Shown here: piece after piece, positions 44,140 through 51,904 of the stretch | How positions within the stretch are numbered: position 1 is the first letter of the stretch | Layout: each line of letters starts with the position of its first letter | Source: Chloroflexota bacterium | GTDB taxonomy: Bacteria; Chloroflexota; Dehalococcoidia; DSTF01; RBG-16-68-14 | Direction of reading: 5' to 3' | Length of the DNA stretch: 64,000 bases | NCBI GenBank assembly: GCA_022562155.1 | Contig: JADFPV010000002.1 | Span: 9,712-73,711, forward strand | Made by a program: the position numbers and the translations under genes | The notes under the pieces: model-generated | What the model saw: only the letters and a program-made list of their open reading frames with translations | Database searches by the model: none | What the model was told of the DNA's origin: nothing

Positions 44140-44808
44140 TTGAACGAGCAACCAGCGCCAAAGATCGTCATCCAGGAGAACGGACCCTACGAAGTGACGG
44201 GAGAGCCGATCCTGACGAAGCGGGCGCAATCGGAGAGCATCTACGGCGAGCCGCTCGACTGGGACCTGGTCGGAACAGAAGACGCAGACTATGAGCGACG
44301 CAAGCGTTATTTGCTGTGCCGCTGCGGGCAATCGAACACAAAGCCTTACTGTGACGGTACGCACGAGAAGATCGATTTCGACGGGACGTTGACGGCAACA
44401 CGCGGGGAGCGCACTCGAATCGAGGGTGTCGGCATCTCGCTGACCGACGACCAGACCCTCTGCGAACACGCAGGCTTCTGCGGTACTCGGTTCACGAACG
44501 TCTGGGCGATGATGGAATTCACGAAGGACCCAGAAGTGCGTGAGCGCGCCCGCCGGATGATCGCGAACTGTCCATCCGGCCGGTTGGGTTTCGGGCCGGG
44601 TTACGAAGACCTGGAGCCGGAGTTCGAGCCGTCGGTCGCGACGATCAAGGATGGGCCGCTGTGGGTGCGCGGCGGCATCGAGGTGGACTCACACGACGGC
44701 GAAACGTTCCAGAAGCTCAACCGCATGACGCTCTGTCGCTGCGGACGCTCCGAGAACAAGCCGTATTGCGACGGTAGCCACAAGGACGCGGGGTTCCAAG
44801 CAGACTGA
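44140..44808 (+). CDS. Tandem CDGSH iron-sulfur domain protein (mitoNEET-like [2Fe-2S] ligating motifs x2)
   Basis: CRCGQSNTKPYCDGTH and CRCGRSENKPYCDGSH; each has the C-x-C-x(8-9)-C-DG-(S/T)-H pattern. Confidence 0.85.
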   Translation: MNEQPAPKIVIQENGPYEVTGEPILTKRAQSESIYGEPLDWDLVGTEDADYERRKRYLLCRCGQSNTKPYCDGTHEKIDFDGTLTATRGERTRIEGVGISLTDDQTLCEHAGFCGTRFTNVWAMMEFTKDPEVRERARRMIANCPSGRLGFGPGYEDLEPEFEPSVATIKDGPLWVRGGIEVDSHDGETFQKLNRMTLCRCGRSENKPYCDGSHKDAGFQAD

Positions 44809-44812
44809 CGGC

Positions 44813-44851
44813 TGCCCAGATGGGCAGCTTGGGAGTTCCTTCGGAACTCTG
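44813..44851. terminator. Tandem stem-loops GCTGCCCA-ga-TGGGCAGC and GAGTTCC-TTCG-GAACTC
   Basis: Lie between the convergent stops at 44808 and 44863. Confidence 0.6.
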
Positions 44852-44862
44852 AGCACCTCAGC

Positions 44863-45249
44863 CTAGTCCAGCCATTTCGGGTTCGTGACCGTTAGTTTGT
44901 CGTGGATGGTCTGGCGTAGGTGTTTGATGACGGAGTCTCTGAAGCCGCGCTCGTCCGTATCTCCTGCTTGGATCCGACCGGCGAGCGCCTCGTTGCGCTG
45001 CACCAGCACGGCACGAAGGGCGTCGCGGTCGCGGGGCCGGGGGGCCTCGCCGACGAGTTCTGCCAACGAATCCCATTCGCGTGCGAGAGACGCTTCTTCG
45101 TTCTCAAGCTCCCGACGGACGATGCGGATGACGTTTGCGGCGACGCGGCCGTTGAAGCGCAGCGCACCTTCGCTCTTGGCGACAACTTCGTCGTCGAGGA
45201 AGCGTTCGACCGCAGTGAGGAGTTCGTCGTAGTTGGGACGGTCTTGCAT
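44863..45249 (-). CDS. Hypothetical helical protein, translationally coupled (TGATG) downstream of a phosphotransferase gene
   Basis: Start taken at the ATG at 45249 (MQDRPNYDELLTAVERFLDD...). The upstream 121 codons of the listed ORF are an out-of-frame overlap with the neighbouring gene. 128 aa. Confidence 0.5.
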   Translation of the reverse strand: MQDRPNYDELLTAVERFLDDEVVAKSEGALRFNGRVAANVIRIVRRELENEEASLAREWDSLAELVGEAPRPRDRDALRAVLVQRNEALAGRIQAGDTDERGFRDSVIKHLRQTIHDKLTVTNPKWLD

Positions 45250-46280
45250 CACTCTGCCTCCATCAGGTTGAGTAGCTCCCATTCCGTCTCGGCGATGCGA
45301 CGCCCAATACTGGCAAGCTCGACGCTGGAACTGTGGCCATCGATGTAGGTCTTGGCCTGGATGATGCAGCTGACGCCCCAGCGCAGGTTGCCGAACGCCT
45401 CCCAGAATCGGATGGCTTCGGCATCGACGGATCGCCCGCTGGCCGCGCCATACGCCTTGTAGAACTCGTCGCGCTGGCCGAGGCCGCCGATCGGTTTGTC
45501 GTCGTTGCCGAAACGCCAGGAGCGCACACAGAGCCAGCCGATGTCCTCCATCGGGTCGCCGACGTGGGCCAGCTCCCAGTCGAGGATGGCGCGGACGCCT
45601 TCCGGTCCGCACATGAGGTTGCCCATGCGGAAGTCGCCATGGACGAGCACACGGTCGTCTGTCTTCGGTGCCTTCGCGCGCAGCCAGCGAAATGCCAGCT
45701 CGAACACGGGGTGTGGATCGGGCGTCGTCGCGCGAAAGACCTGCTCGTAGCGGTCGACCTCGTGCTCGGCGGGCGACTGGCCTTCGGCGGGGGAGGGGAG
45801 GATGCCGAGGCCGTGCGGTTCGATCTGGACGCTGTGGATCTTGGCGAGGATTTCGCCAAGCTGTGCTGGGAGGACGTTCCTGGCCTCCTCGAATTCGGCG
45901 TTGCGGAGGAGGCGTCGAGGGATCGTCTCGCCTTCGACGTGTTCCATGAGGAAGAACGGCATGGCGAGGGAGTCATCCCCGCGAGCGTAAACCGTCGGGA
46001 CGGGGACGTCTGTAGCTTCAGCGGCCTTAAGCAACAGATACTCGAGGTCGTCGTTTTCGGGTTGAAGCCGGCGCGGGTCGGAGCGCATGACGAGGGGGAC
46101 GTCTCGTGTGCCGTCGGCGTTCTCGATCTTCGCGTCGAAGGCCCAGGTTTGTTTCGAGGCTCCGCCTGTAAGGCGTCGCAGGTTGTCGATCTGAACGGAG
46201 CGGGCGTCGTGGTAGCGCGTGAGGAATGCGGTTAGACGTTCGCGGAGGTCTTCAGTGGTAAGAGGCATGCTGTTTGACAA
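45249..46280 (-). CDS. Phosphotransferase-family protein (APH-like kinase fold), second paralogue in the window
   Basis: ...VLVHGDFRMGNLMCGPEGVRAILDWELAHVGDPMEDIGWL (HGDxxxxN and DWE motifs). 343 aa. Confidence 0.7.
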   Translation of the reverse strand: MSNSMPLTTEDLRERLTAFLTRYHDARSVQIDNLRRLTGGASKQTWAFDAKIENADGTRDVPLVMRSDPRRLQPENDDLEYLLLKAAEATDVPVPTVYARGDDSLAMPFFLMEHVEGETIPRRLLRNAEFEEARNVLPAQLGEILAKIHSVQIEPHGLGILPSPAEGQSPAEHEVDRYEQVFRATTPDPHPVFELAFRWLRAKAPKTDDRVLVHGDFRMGNLMCGPEGVRAILDWELAHVGDPMEDIGWLCVRSWRFGNDDKPIGGLGQRDEFYKAYGAASGRSVDAEAIRFWEAFGNLRWGVSCIIQAKTYIDGHSSSVELASIGRRIAETEWELLNLMEAE

Positions 46281-46368
46281 TTTCTCACCGGCGGTGCTGA
46301 TGCCTAACCGATCGCGGTCGCGGCTTCACCGAAGCGCTGGTGCTGACGGGCTAGATTCCCTTCGACTA

Positions 46369-46464
46369 CGCTCAGGGCAGGCCTCGCTTCGCTCGGAATG
46401 ACAAAAGAGACGCTCAGGGCAGGCATCGCCGCGCTCAGAGTGACAGCCGTTCGCTCGGAATGAC
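46369..46464. repeat. Direct repeats in a 196-bp intergenic/promoter region
   Basis: ACGCTCAGGGCAGGC(C/A)TCGC occurs twice (46369 and 46410). CGCTCGGAATGAC occurs twice (46391 and 46452). Confidence 0.7.
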
Positions 46465-46476
46465 GTGAGGCGTAGA

Positions 46477-47451
46477 TTACTCCACTTGGTCGAGGTACTC
46501 AGAGATACCGTTCGCTGTGCGCCCTTCGCAGCGATACTCGGTCATGGCTTCGCCGATGTGGGTGACCATGCCGCCGCGGCGGTTGCGTAGCGGGATGAAG
46601 CCCTTCACGGTGCCCTCAAGGACGAGCGTTTCGCCGCCCTCCAGTCCCAGGTTGGCCTTCATGCTCTTGTGGAATACCGTATCCGGCACGTACTCGGACT
46701 CGATGTCGACCTTGACGATGCGCTCGAACTTGTCGCCGTCCCTGACGACGCAGCCGTTCTGGCGGCGTACGTTCTTCTCGGGAGAGACCTCCGAGACCAT
46801 GATGCCGAAGTCGGGGCCGAAGGCGCACGTAAGCCATCGGTATGAGTAAATCGCTTGCCAATAGCGCGGGCCCCAGGAGTGGTCGCGCAGGCCGGTGCCT
46901 TCGATCTGGATGGTCTCGTCGTCGATCTTAAGCGTCCCGGTCGCCCTCATGTGCTGTTCGTAGTGGGCCTTCGCGAACTGCTGCTCCGGCGACTGATTCG
47001 ACTCCCCTCGTGCCGCGTGGCCGTAGACCGGGCCGATGCCTTCCTGGATGAGGTCGAGGTCGATCTTCTTGTGCGGGTTCTCGCGAAAGGCGGTGCCAGG
47101 GTCCGCCATCTGTTCGGGGCTCGTGAGGAATACTGCGCCGCCCTTGTAGGTTGTGTGATGCTTCTCCAGCGGTTCGATCACCTCAAAGCGCATGCCGGCC
47201 GCGTCCATCGCGTCGTTGTTCTCGATGCGGGGGCGGTCGTAGTTGAAGAGCACCTCGCCGGTGGGGAGGAAGAGACAGAGCGTGACCTCAGCGTAGCCTT
47301 CGTTCGCGCGATTTCCGCAACGCATGAATCCGCCGTAGCCGCTGACCTGATCAAAGAAGTTGAAGTACATGCTCTCGTTGAAGTTCTCTTCCGGGCCGAG
47401 TTCATGCGTGTAGTCATCCTGAGGTTCGATGTTGCCGAAGACCTTGGCCAT
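46477..47451 (-). CDS. Conserved-looking hypothetical protein (324 aa; no domain recognised)
   Basis: A long ORF with a balanced, globular composition and Trp/His-rich segments (LRDHSWGPRYWQAIYSYRWL). Confidence 0.5.
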   Translation of the reverse strand: MAKVFGNIEPQDDYTHELGPEENFNESMYFNFFDQVSGYGGFMRCGNRANEGYAEVTLCLFLPTGEVLFNYDRPRIENNDAMDAAGMRFEVIEPLEKHHTTYKGGAVFLTSPEQMADPGTAFRENPHKKIDLDLIQEGIGPVYGHAARGESNQSPEQQFAKAHYEQHMRATGTLKIDDETIQIEGTGLRDHSWGPRYWQAIYSYRWLTCAFGPDFGIMVSEVSPEKNVRRQNGCVVRDGDKFERIVKVDIESEYVPDTVFHKSMKANLGLEGGETLVLEGTVKGFIPLRNRRGGMVTHIGEAMTEYRCEGRTANGISEYLDQVE

Positions 47452-47540
47452 TCCGTGCCTCCTACTTGCGAGTCCGGTGTGCGCCAGAGTATAGCAGGTT
47501 CATCGGGTGATTCTGTGGCTGCGGTAGCGAGCCTGATAGG

Positions 47541-48749
47541 ATGACCGCGATGCTGAAACCAAAGCCAGAGATTTCGAGCGACGAAGCGCGCCGGATCGCG
47601 TTGGCGGCGCAGGGGTTTGCGGACGGGCGGCCGAGCGGGCGGATCGACATCCGTGGCCTGCGACGCGTGATCGGACGCATCGGGCTGCTGCAGATCGACT
47701 CTGTCAACGTGCTGGTACGATCGCACTACATGCCACTGTTTTCGCGGCTGGGGGCGTATCCAAGGTCGCTGCTGGACGACGCGGTCTACAAGCGTCGGGA
47801 GCTCTTCGAGGCGTGGGCGCATGTGGCGTCGTTGGTGCCTGTCGATTGCTATCCGCTGCTCAGACACCAGATGAACCTGGATGTGCCCCAGTGGCGGCAT
47901 TTCAGACGGTGGGTCGAGGCCAACACGGAATACGTAGATGCTGTACTCGAGGAGGTGAGGGAGCGAGGACCTCTTTCGGCTAAGGAGCTAGAGGACCCGG
48001 GCTGGCGGCGCGGGACCTGGTGGATGCGGTCGAAAGGAAAGACCGCTCTTGAATGGCACTTTCGGTGCGGGAATCTGATGGCGTCTGACAGGGCCAACTT
48101 CGAACGCGTCTATGACGTGACGGAGCGTGTGCTGCCCGCCGACGTCCTCGCGATGAAGCCGGTGCCGGAACGAGAGGCGCAGCGCGAGTTTCTGCTGCGG
48201 GCCGCCCGGCACCATGGCGTTGGGACGGCCAAGGACCTTGCGGACTACTACAGGCTACCAATCGTGCGAAGTAAAGAGCTGCTGCGAGAACTGGCGGCGG
48301 AGGGCGCCCTGCGAGAGGTGAGAGTCGAGGGCTGGAAGGAGCCGGCCTACTTGCATCCGGAGGCCAAAGCGCCTCGCGCCATCCGAGGGCGGGCGCTGCT
48401 GACGCCGTTCGACTCGCTCGTCTGGGAGCGATCGCGGAACGAGCGGCTGTTCGACTTCACGTATCAGATCGAGATCTATGTGCCAGAGAAGAAGCGCCAG
48501 TACGGCTACTATGTGCTGCCGTTTCTGCTGGACGGCGAGCTAGTAGGCCGCGTCGACCTGAAGGCGGACCGCAAGGCCGGCAAGCTGCATGCCAAAGGCG
48601 CATTCATCGAAGAAGGACAGGATGAGCGGCGGGTCGCGGGCGAGCTGGCCGACGAACTGCGGCTGATGGCGGAGTGGCTGGAGCTGGATGGCATTAGGGT
48701 AGGGCGGCGCGGTAACCTCTCCGGTGCTCTACGATCCGCTCTGAGGTAA
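47541..48749 (+). CDS. Winged-helix DNA-binding protein of the YcaQ/DUF1006 family (interstrand-crosslink DNA glycosylase-like)
   Basis: N-terminus ...ARRIALAAQGF...GLLQIDSVNVLVRSHYMPLFSRLGAY... is the characteristic YcaQ family region. 402 aa. Confidence 0.65.
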   Translation: MTAMLKPKPEISSDEARRIALAAQGFADGRPSGRIDIRGLRRVIGRIGLLQIDSVNVLVRSHYMPLFSRLGAYPRSLLDDAVYKRRELFEAWAHVASLVPVDCYPLLRHQMNLDVPQWRHFRRWVEANTEYVDAVLEEVRERGPLSAKELEDPGWRRGTWWMRSKGKTALEWHFRCGNLMASDRANFERVYDVTERVLPADVLAMKPVPEREAQREFLLRAARHHGVGTAKDLADYYRLPIVRSKELLRELAAEGALREVRVEGWKEPAYLHPEAKAPRAIRGRALLTPFDSLVWERSRNERLFDFTYQIEIYVPEKKRQYGYYVLPFLLDGELVGRVDLKADRKAGKLHAKGAFIEEGQDERRVAGELADELRLMAEWLELDGIRVGRRGNLSGALRSALR

Positions 48750-48765
48750 TCGCCAGGGACAGGGC

Positions 48766-50043
48766 TTAGTAGGCGGCGGCTGACTCGACGTTGAGGCCGC
48801 CGAGTTCACGCATGGCGTGCTCGAGCTTGGCGGTGCCTTCTGGTACGGACTCGATGCCTTCTAATGAAATCGGCGCGCCGAGCCGTACGTTGACGGGCCC
48901 CGGCTTTGGTGTCGTGGTGCCGCGCGGCATGATGGCCTCCAACCCCTCTAAGAAGACCGGGATCACGGGCACCTTGGCCTGCATCGCCATGATCGTGGGG
49001 CCGTGATGGAACCGCTTGATGCGTCCCGTCTTCGCGCGGCCACCCTCCGGGTAGATCAGGATCGACCAGCCTTTGTTCAGCAGCTCCATCGGGTAATCGA
49101 GTGCCTTGCTGCCGCCCCCACGATGGATCGGGAACGTATTCCAGAAGAGCGACCACCACCACGTGCGCTTCTTGCTCGTGCGGTAGAAGCGGTCGGCGGC
49201 GGCGGCGACGGTCGTGCGGTCACGCAGCGCCTCCGGTAACGCCGTGAGTACGACAGGCGTATCGAAGTGCGATGTGTGGTTGGCGATGATAATCACCGGG
49301 CCGCGCACGCCCGCCAAGTCCTGTTCTCCCGTGGTGGTCATGGGTTTAGCGATCTCGTTGACGTGTCGCGTCATCACCCAATACCTTCCGATCCTGCGCG
49401 CCGCGCGCGCCCAGAGCTGCGTCTGCCAGGCGTGCGGCTCCGTTCGATAGGACTTGATCTGTAGAAGTGTGGAGAAGCGATCAAGAGGGATGGCAGGATG
49501 CAGCTCCAGCCGCACGGTTCCGAGGCTACTGATCTCGGTTGTGATCCGGGCGGCGGTTTCGTTGTCGGGCGCTTCAGCGAACGTGATGAAGTCGTGGTCG
49601 TCGCCCAAGACGCGGTAGTGCTGAACCACACGGGCACCGAGCTTGCTGATCTCCGCGTCGATCTCGGAGAGCCGGCCGGGATCGCGTAGGACGGATTTTC
49701 GTCCTTCGCCCGTGAGCTTCGTGAAGACCACAAAGGTGCTGTGCTTGCGGGCGGCGTCCAGCAGGCCCCGCCCGGAGGTCGTTTCAGCCGGTATCGCGGC
49801 GAGTGTGTTGAGCCGGATCGTGCCGCGCGAGCTGAGCTCTACGGAGATCCGCGTGATCGTCTCGTTATCGGGCGCCTCGACGACGTTGATGAAGTCGTAT
49901 TCGCCGAGCAGGGCGAACTGCCTCGTAACACGCGCACCCATCTGCTCGATTTCGCGGTTTACTTCTGGAAGGCGCTCTGGCCGCTCTTTGAGCGTCCTGC
50001 GCCCATCATCGGTTAGCCTGCTAAGCATGATGTACGTGCTCAT
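48766..50043 (-). CDS. Fusion protein: two tandem GYD domains + C-terminal lysophospholipid acyltransferase (PlsC/LPLAT) domain
   Basis: Two repeats of ...L(S/T)..GR...(K/R)..P.RL.E(V/I)...I...GA...(Q/R)...LG.(Y/D)DF(I/I)..(V/F)EAPDNET..RI..E(L/I)SS.GT.RL.. are the GYD pattern. The LPLAT part has motif I NHTSHFD and motif III PEGGR. Confidence 0.7.
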   Translation of the reverse strand: MSTYIMLSRLTDDGRRTLKERPERLPEVNREIEQMGARVTRQFALLGEYDFINVVEAPDNETITRISVELSSRGTIRLNTLAAIPAETTSGRGLLDAARKHSTFVVFTKLTGEGRKSVLRDPGRLSEIDAEISKLGARVVQHYRVLGDDHDFITFAEAPDNETAARITTEISSLGTVRLELHPAIPLDRFSTLLQIKSYRTEPHAWQTQLWARAARRIGRYWVMTRHVNEIAKPMTTTGEQDLAGVRGPVIIIANHTSHFDTPVVLTALPEALRDRTTVAAAADRFYRTSKKRTWWWSLFWNTFPIHRGGGSKALDYPMELLNKGWSILIYPEGGRAKTGRIKRFHHGPTIMAMQAKVPVIPVFLEGLEAIMPRGTTTPKPGPVNVRLGAPISLEGIESVPEGTAKLEHAMRELGGLNVESAAAY

Positions 50044-50241
50044 GATGGGGCCTTATCTTAGATCATCCCAATACCTTTTGCACGTAGCAGAGCGTCAACT
50101 GGTCGTAACACTTCCGTAATCACCTCAGGGAGCGGGCGACCGTATACTTCATTAGAGGCTGGTTATGATCCAGATCACATTAGGCACGTCCCAGGTGCGT
50201 GAAGAATACGTCATATGGAATCTCAATTACTGGAGGGCCGC

Positions 50242-50895
50242 ATGACGGACGAAACTCGCTTCAAAAGAATGCCCAGGCATATGAGCCGATTGCTTCTATT
50301 CGGTGCCGCGCTTGTCTCGCTCGTGTTGATCGGTGCCGCATGCTCGAGCGATAGTTCTAGCAACGACACGACGCCTAAAGATGATGGCGCCGTGGAACAA
50401 GAAGTACCTTCAGGCACCGACAGCAACACGACTGGAATAGAGGTGGCCGGCGGCGATGAGGTGCTCTTCGTCTACTCCGGCGCGGACGAGCTGGGCGGAG
50501 AAGAGCTGACGCTCGCAGAGGTGTTCGAGCAAGGCAAGCCCGTTGTCCTCAATTTCTGGGCGGGTCTCTGCCCACCCTGCCGCCAGGAGATGCCGGACTT
50601 CCAGGAGGTTTACACTGAGCGCAAGGACGAGTTCCTGCTGCTGGGGGTCGACGTCGGTCCCTTCACGTTCCTTGGAGATCAGGGAGATGCGCTGGATCTC
50701 CTTGAAGAACTACAGATCTCCTATCCGACGGCATATGTTGACAGCGACGAGTTGATGCGCGAATACAACGTCTTCGGGATGCCAACTACGGTGTTCATGA
50801 CCGCAAACGGGGACATCGTGAGCCAGAAGAACGGCTTCATGAGCGGTGACGAGATGCGCGAACGGATCCAAGATATGATCGATGCGTCTGGGTAG
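50242..50895 (+). CDS. TlpA/ResA-like thiol:disulfide oxidoreductase lipoprotein (thioredoxin fold, CPPC active site)
   Basis: Lipobox-like LIGAACSS after a hydrophobic signal. LNFWAGLCPPCRQEMPDF is the active-site region. Confidence 0.8.
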   Translation: MTDETRFKRMPRHMSRLLLFGAALVSLVLIGAACSSDSSSNDTTPKDDGAVEQEVPSGTDSNTTGIEVAGGDEVLFVYSGADELGGEELTLAEVFEQGKPVVLNFWAGLCPPCRQEMPDFQEVYTERKDEFLLLGVDVGPFTFLGDQGDALDLLEELQISYPTAYVDSDELMREYNVFGMPTTVFMTANGDIVSQKNGFMSGDEMRERIQDMIDASG

Positions 50896-51802
50896 TACCG
50901 CGGAAGGTTGGTTGGAGCCCCAAGGCCCGGTCCGCAACGTCTTGCTTCCGGCGGGCGCGACCTTGCTCGTACTGACCGTGGCGATCGTCGGGAGCATCAT
51001 CACGGGTACCACGGCAAGCACCGTCACCGAGGAGGTGGAGGGCGTGTCGTCGTCCGCCGGTGGGATTTTGGGAGACATCAGCTTACTGTTGCCGCTCGGG
51101 TTCGCGTTTAGCGCCGGGATGGTGTCGGCCGTGAATCCGTGCGGGTTCACGATGTTGCCGGCCTATCTTGGCCTCTATCTAGGCACGAGCGAGAAGCAGG
51201 CGACATCAAGCGCAGCTGAGACCGCAGGGCAGCTGCGCCAAGCGCTGGTTGTGGGCCTCAGTGTTACCGCGGGGTTCGTTCTTCTGTTCGCGGTTGTTGG
51301 CCTGTCAATCGGGAGCGGTGCCCGCTTCCTGGTCGACTACTTTCCGTGGATCGGCCTGGGCATTGGCGTACTGCTGACTGTAGCAGGTGGCTGGCTGATC
51401 CGAGGAGGGACGCTCTACAGCGCGCTCGGCGAACGCCTCGCAGCGCGCATCGGTGACCCATCACAAACGAACTTGCGCGGCTACTTTCTCTTTGGTCTGA
51501 GTTACGGGACGGCATCGCTGAGCTGTACGCTACCGATCTTCATCACCGTGATCGGCGGCTCAATAGCGATCACGGACTTCCTACCGTCGGTCTGGCAGTT
51601 CGTGCTCTACGGTCTCGGCATGGGATCGGTCATCCTGGCACTGACGTTGAGCCTGGCCGTGTTCAAGGCAGCACTGCTTGTCTGGTTGCGGCAGGCGATG
51701 ACCTACATCCAGCCTGCCAGCGCCGTGTTGATGCTGGCGGCCGGCGGCTTTATCGTGTACTACTGGCTGACGTTCGGCCAGCTACTGGACGACTTCTCGT
51801 AG
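50882..51802 (+). CDS. ccdA: Cytochrome c-type biogenesis protein CcdA/DsbD-family transmembrane electron transporter
   Basis: Polytopic, with two conserved Cys in the NPCGFTMLP and SCTLPIF contexts. Overlaps the upstream gene. 306 aa. Confidence 0.75.
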   Translation: MRLGSTAEGWLEPQGPVRNVLLPAGATLLVLTVAIVGSIITGTTASTVTEEVEGVSSSAGGILGDISLLLPLGFAFSAGMVSAVNPCGFTMLPAYLGLYLGTSEKQATSSAAETAGQLRQALVVGLSVTAGFVLLFAVVGLSIGSGARFLVDYFPWIGLGIGVLLTVAGGWLIRGGTLYSALGERLAARIGDPSQTNLRGYFLFGLSYGTASLSCTLPIFITVIGGSIAITDFLPSVWQFVLYGLGMGSVILALTLSLAVFKAALLVWLRQAMTYIQPASAVLMLAAGGFIVYYWLTFGQLLDDFS

Positions 51803-51904
51803 CGCAGGTAGGACACGAAGCCGAGGCGCGGGAAGGCTCGCGGAGGCCGTCTAGCAGACCTCCCTGTTGGGCGGTAGATCTTGCGAACCGACGGCCTGAG
51901 CCGC

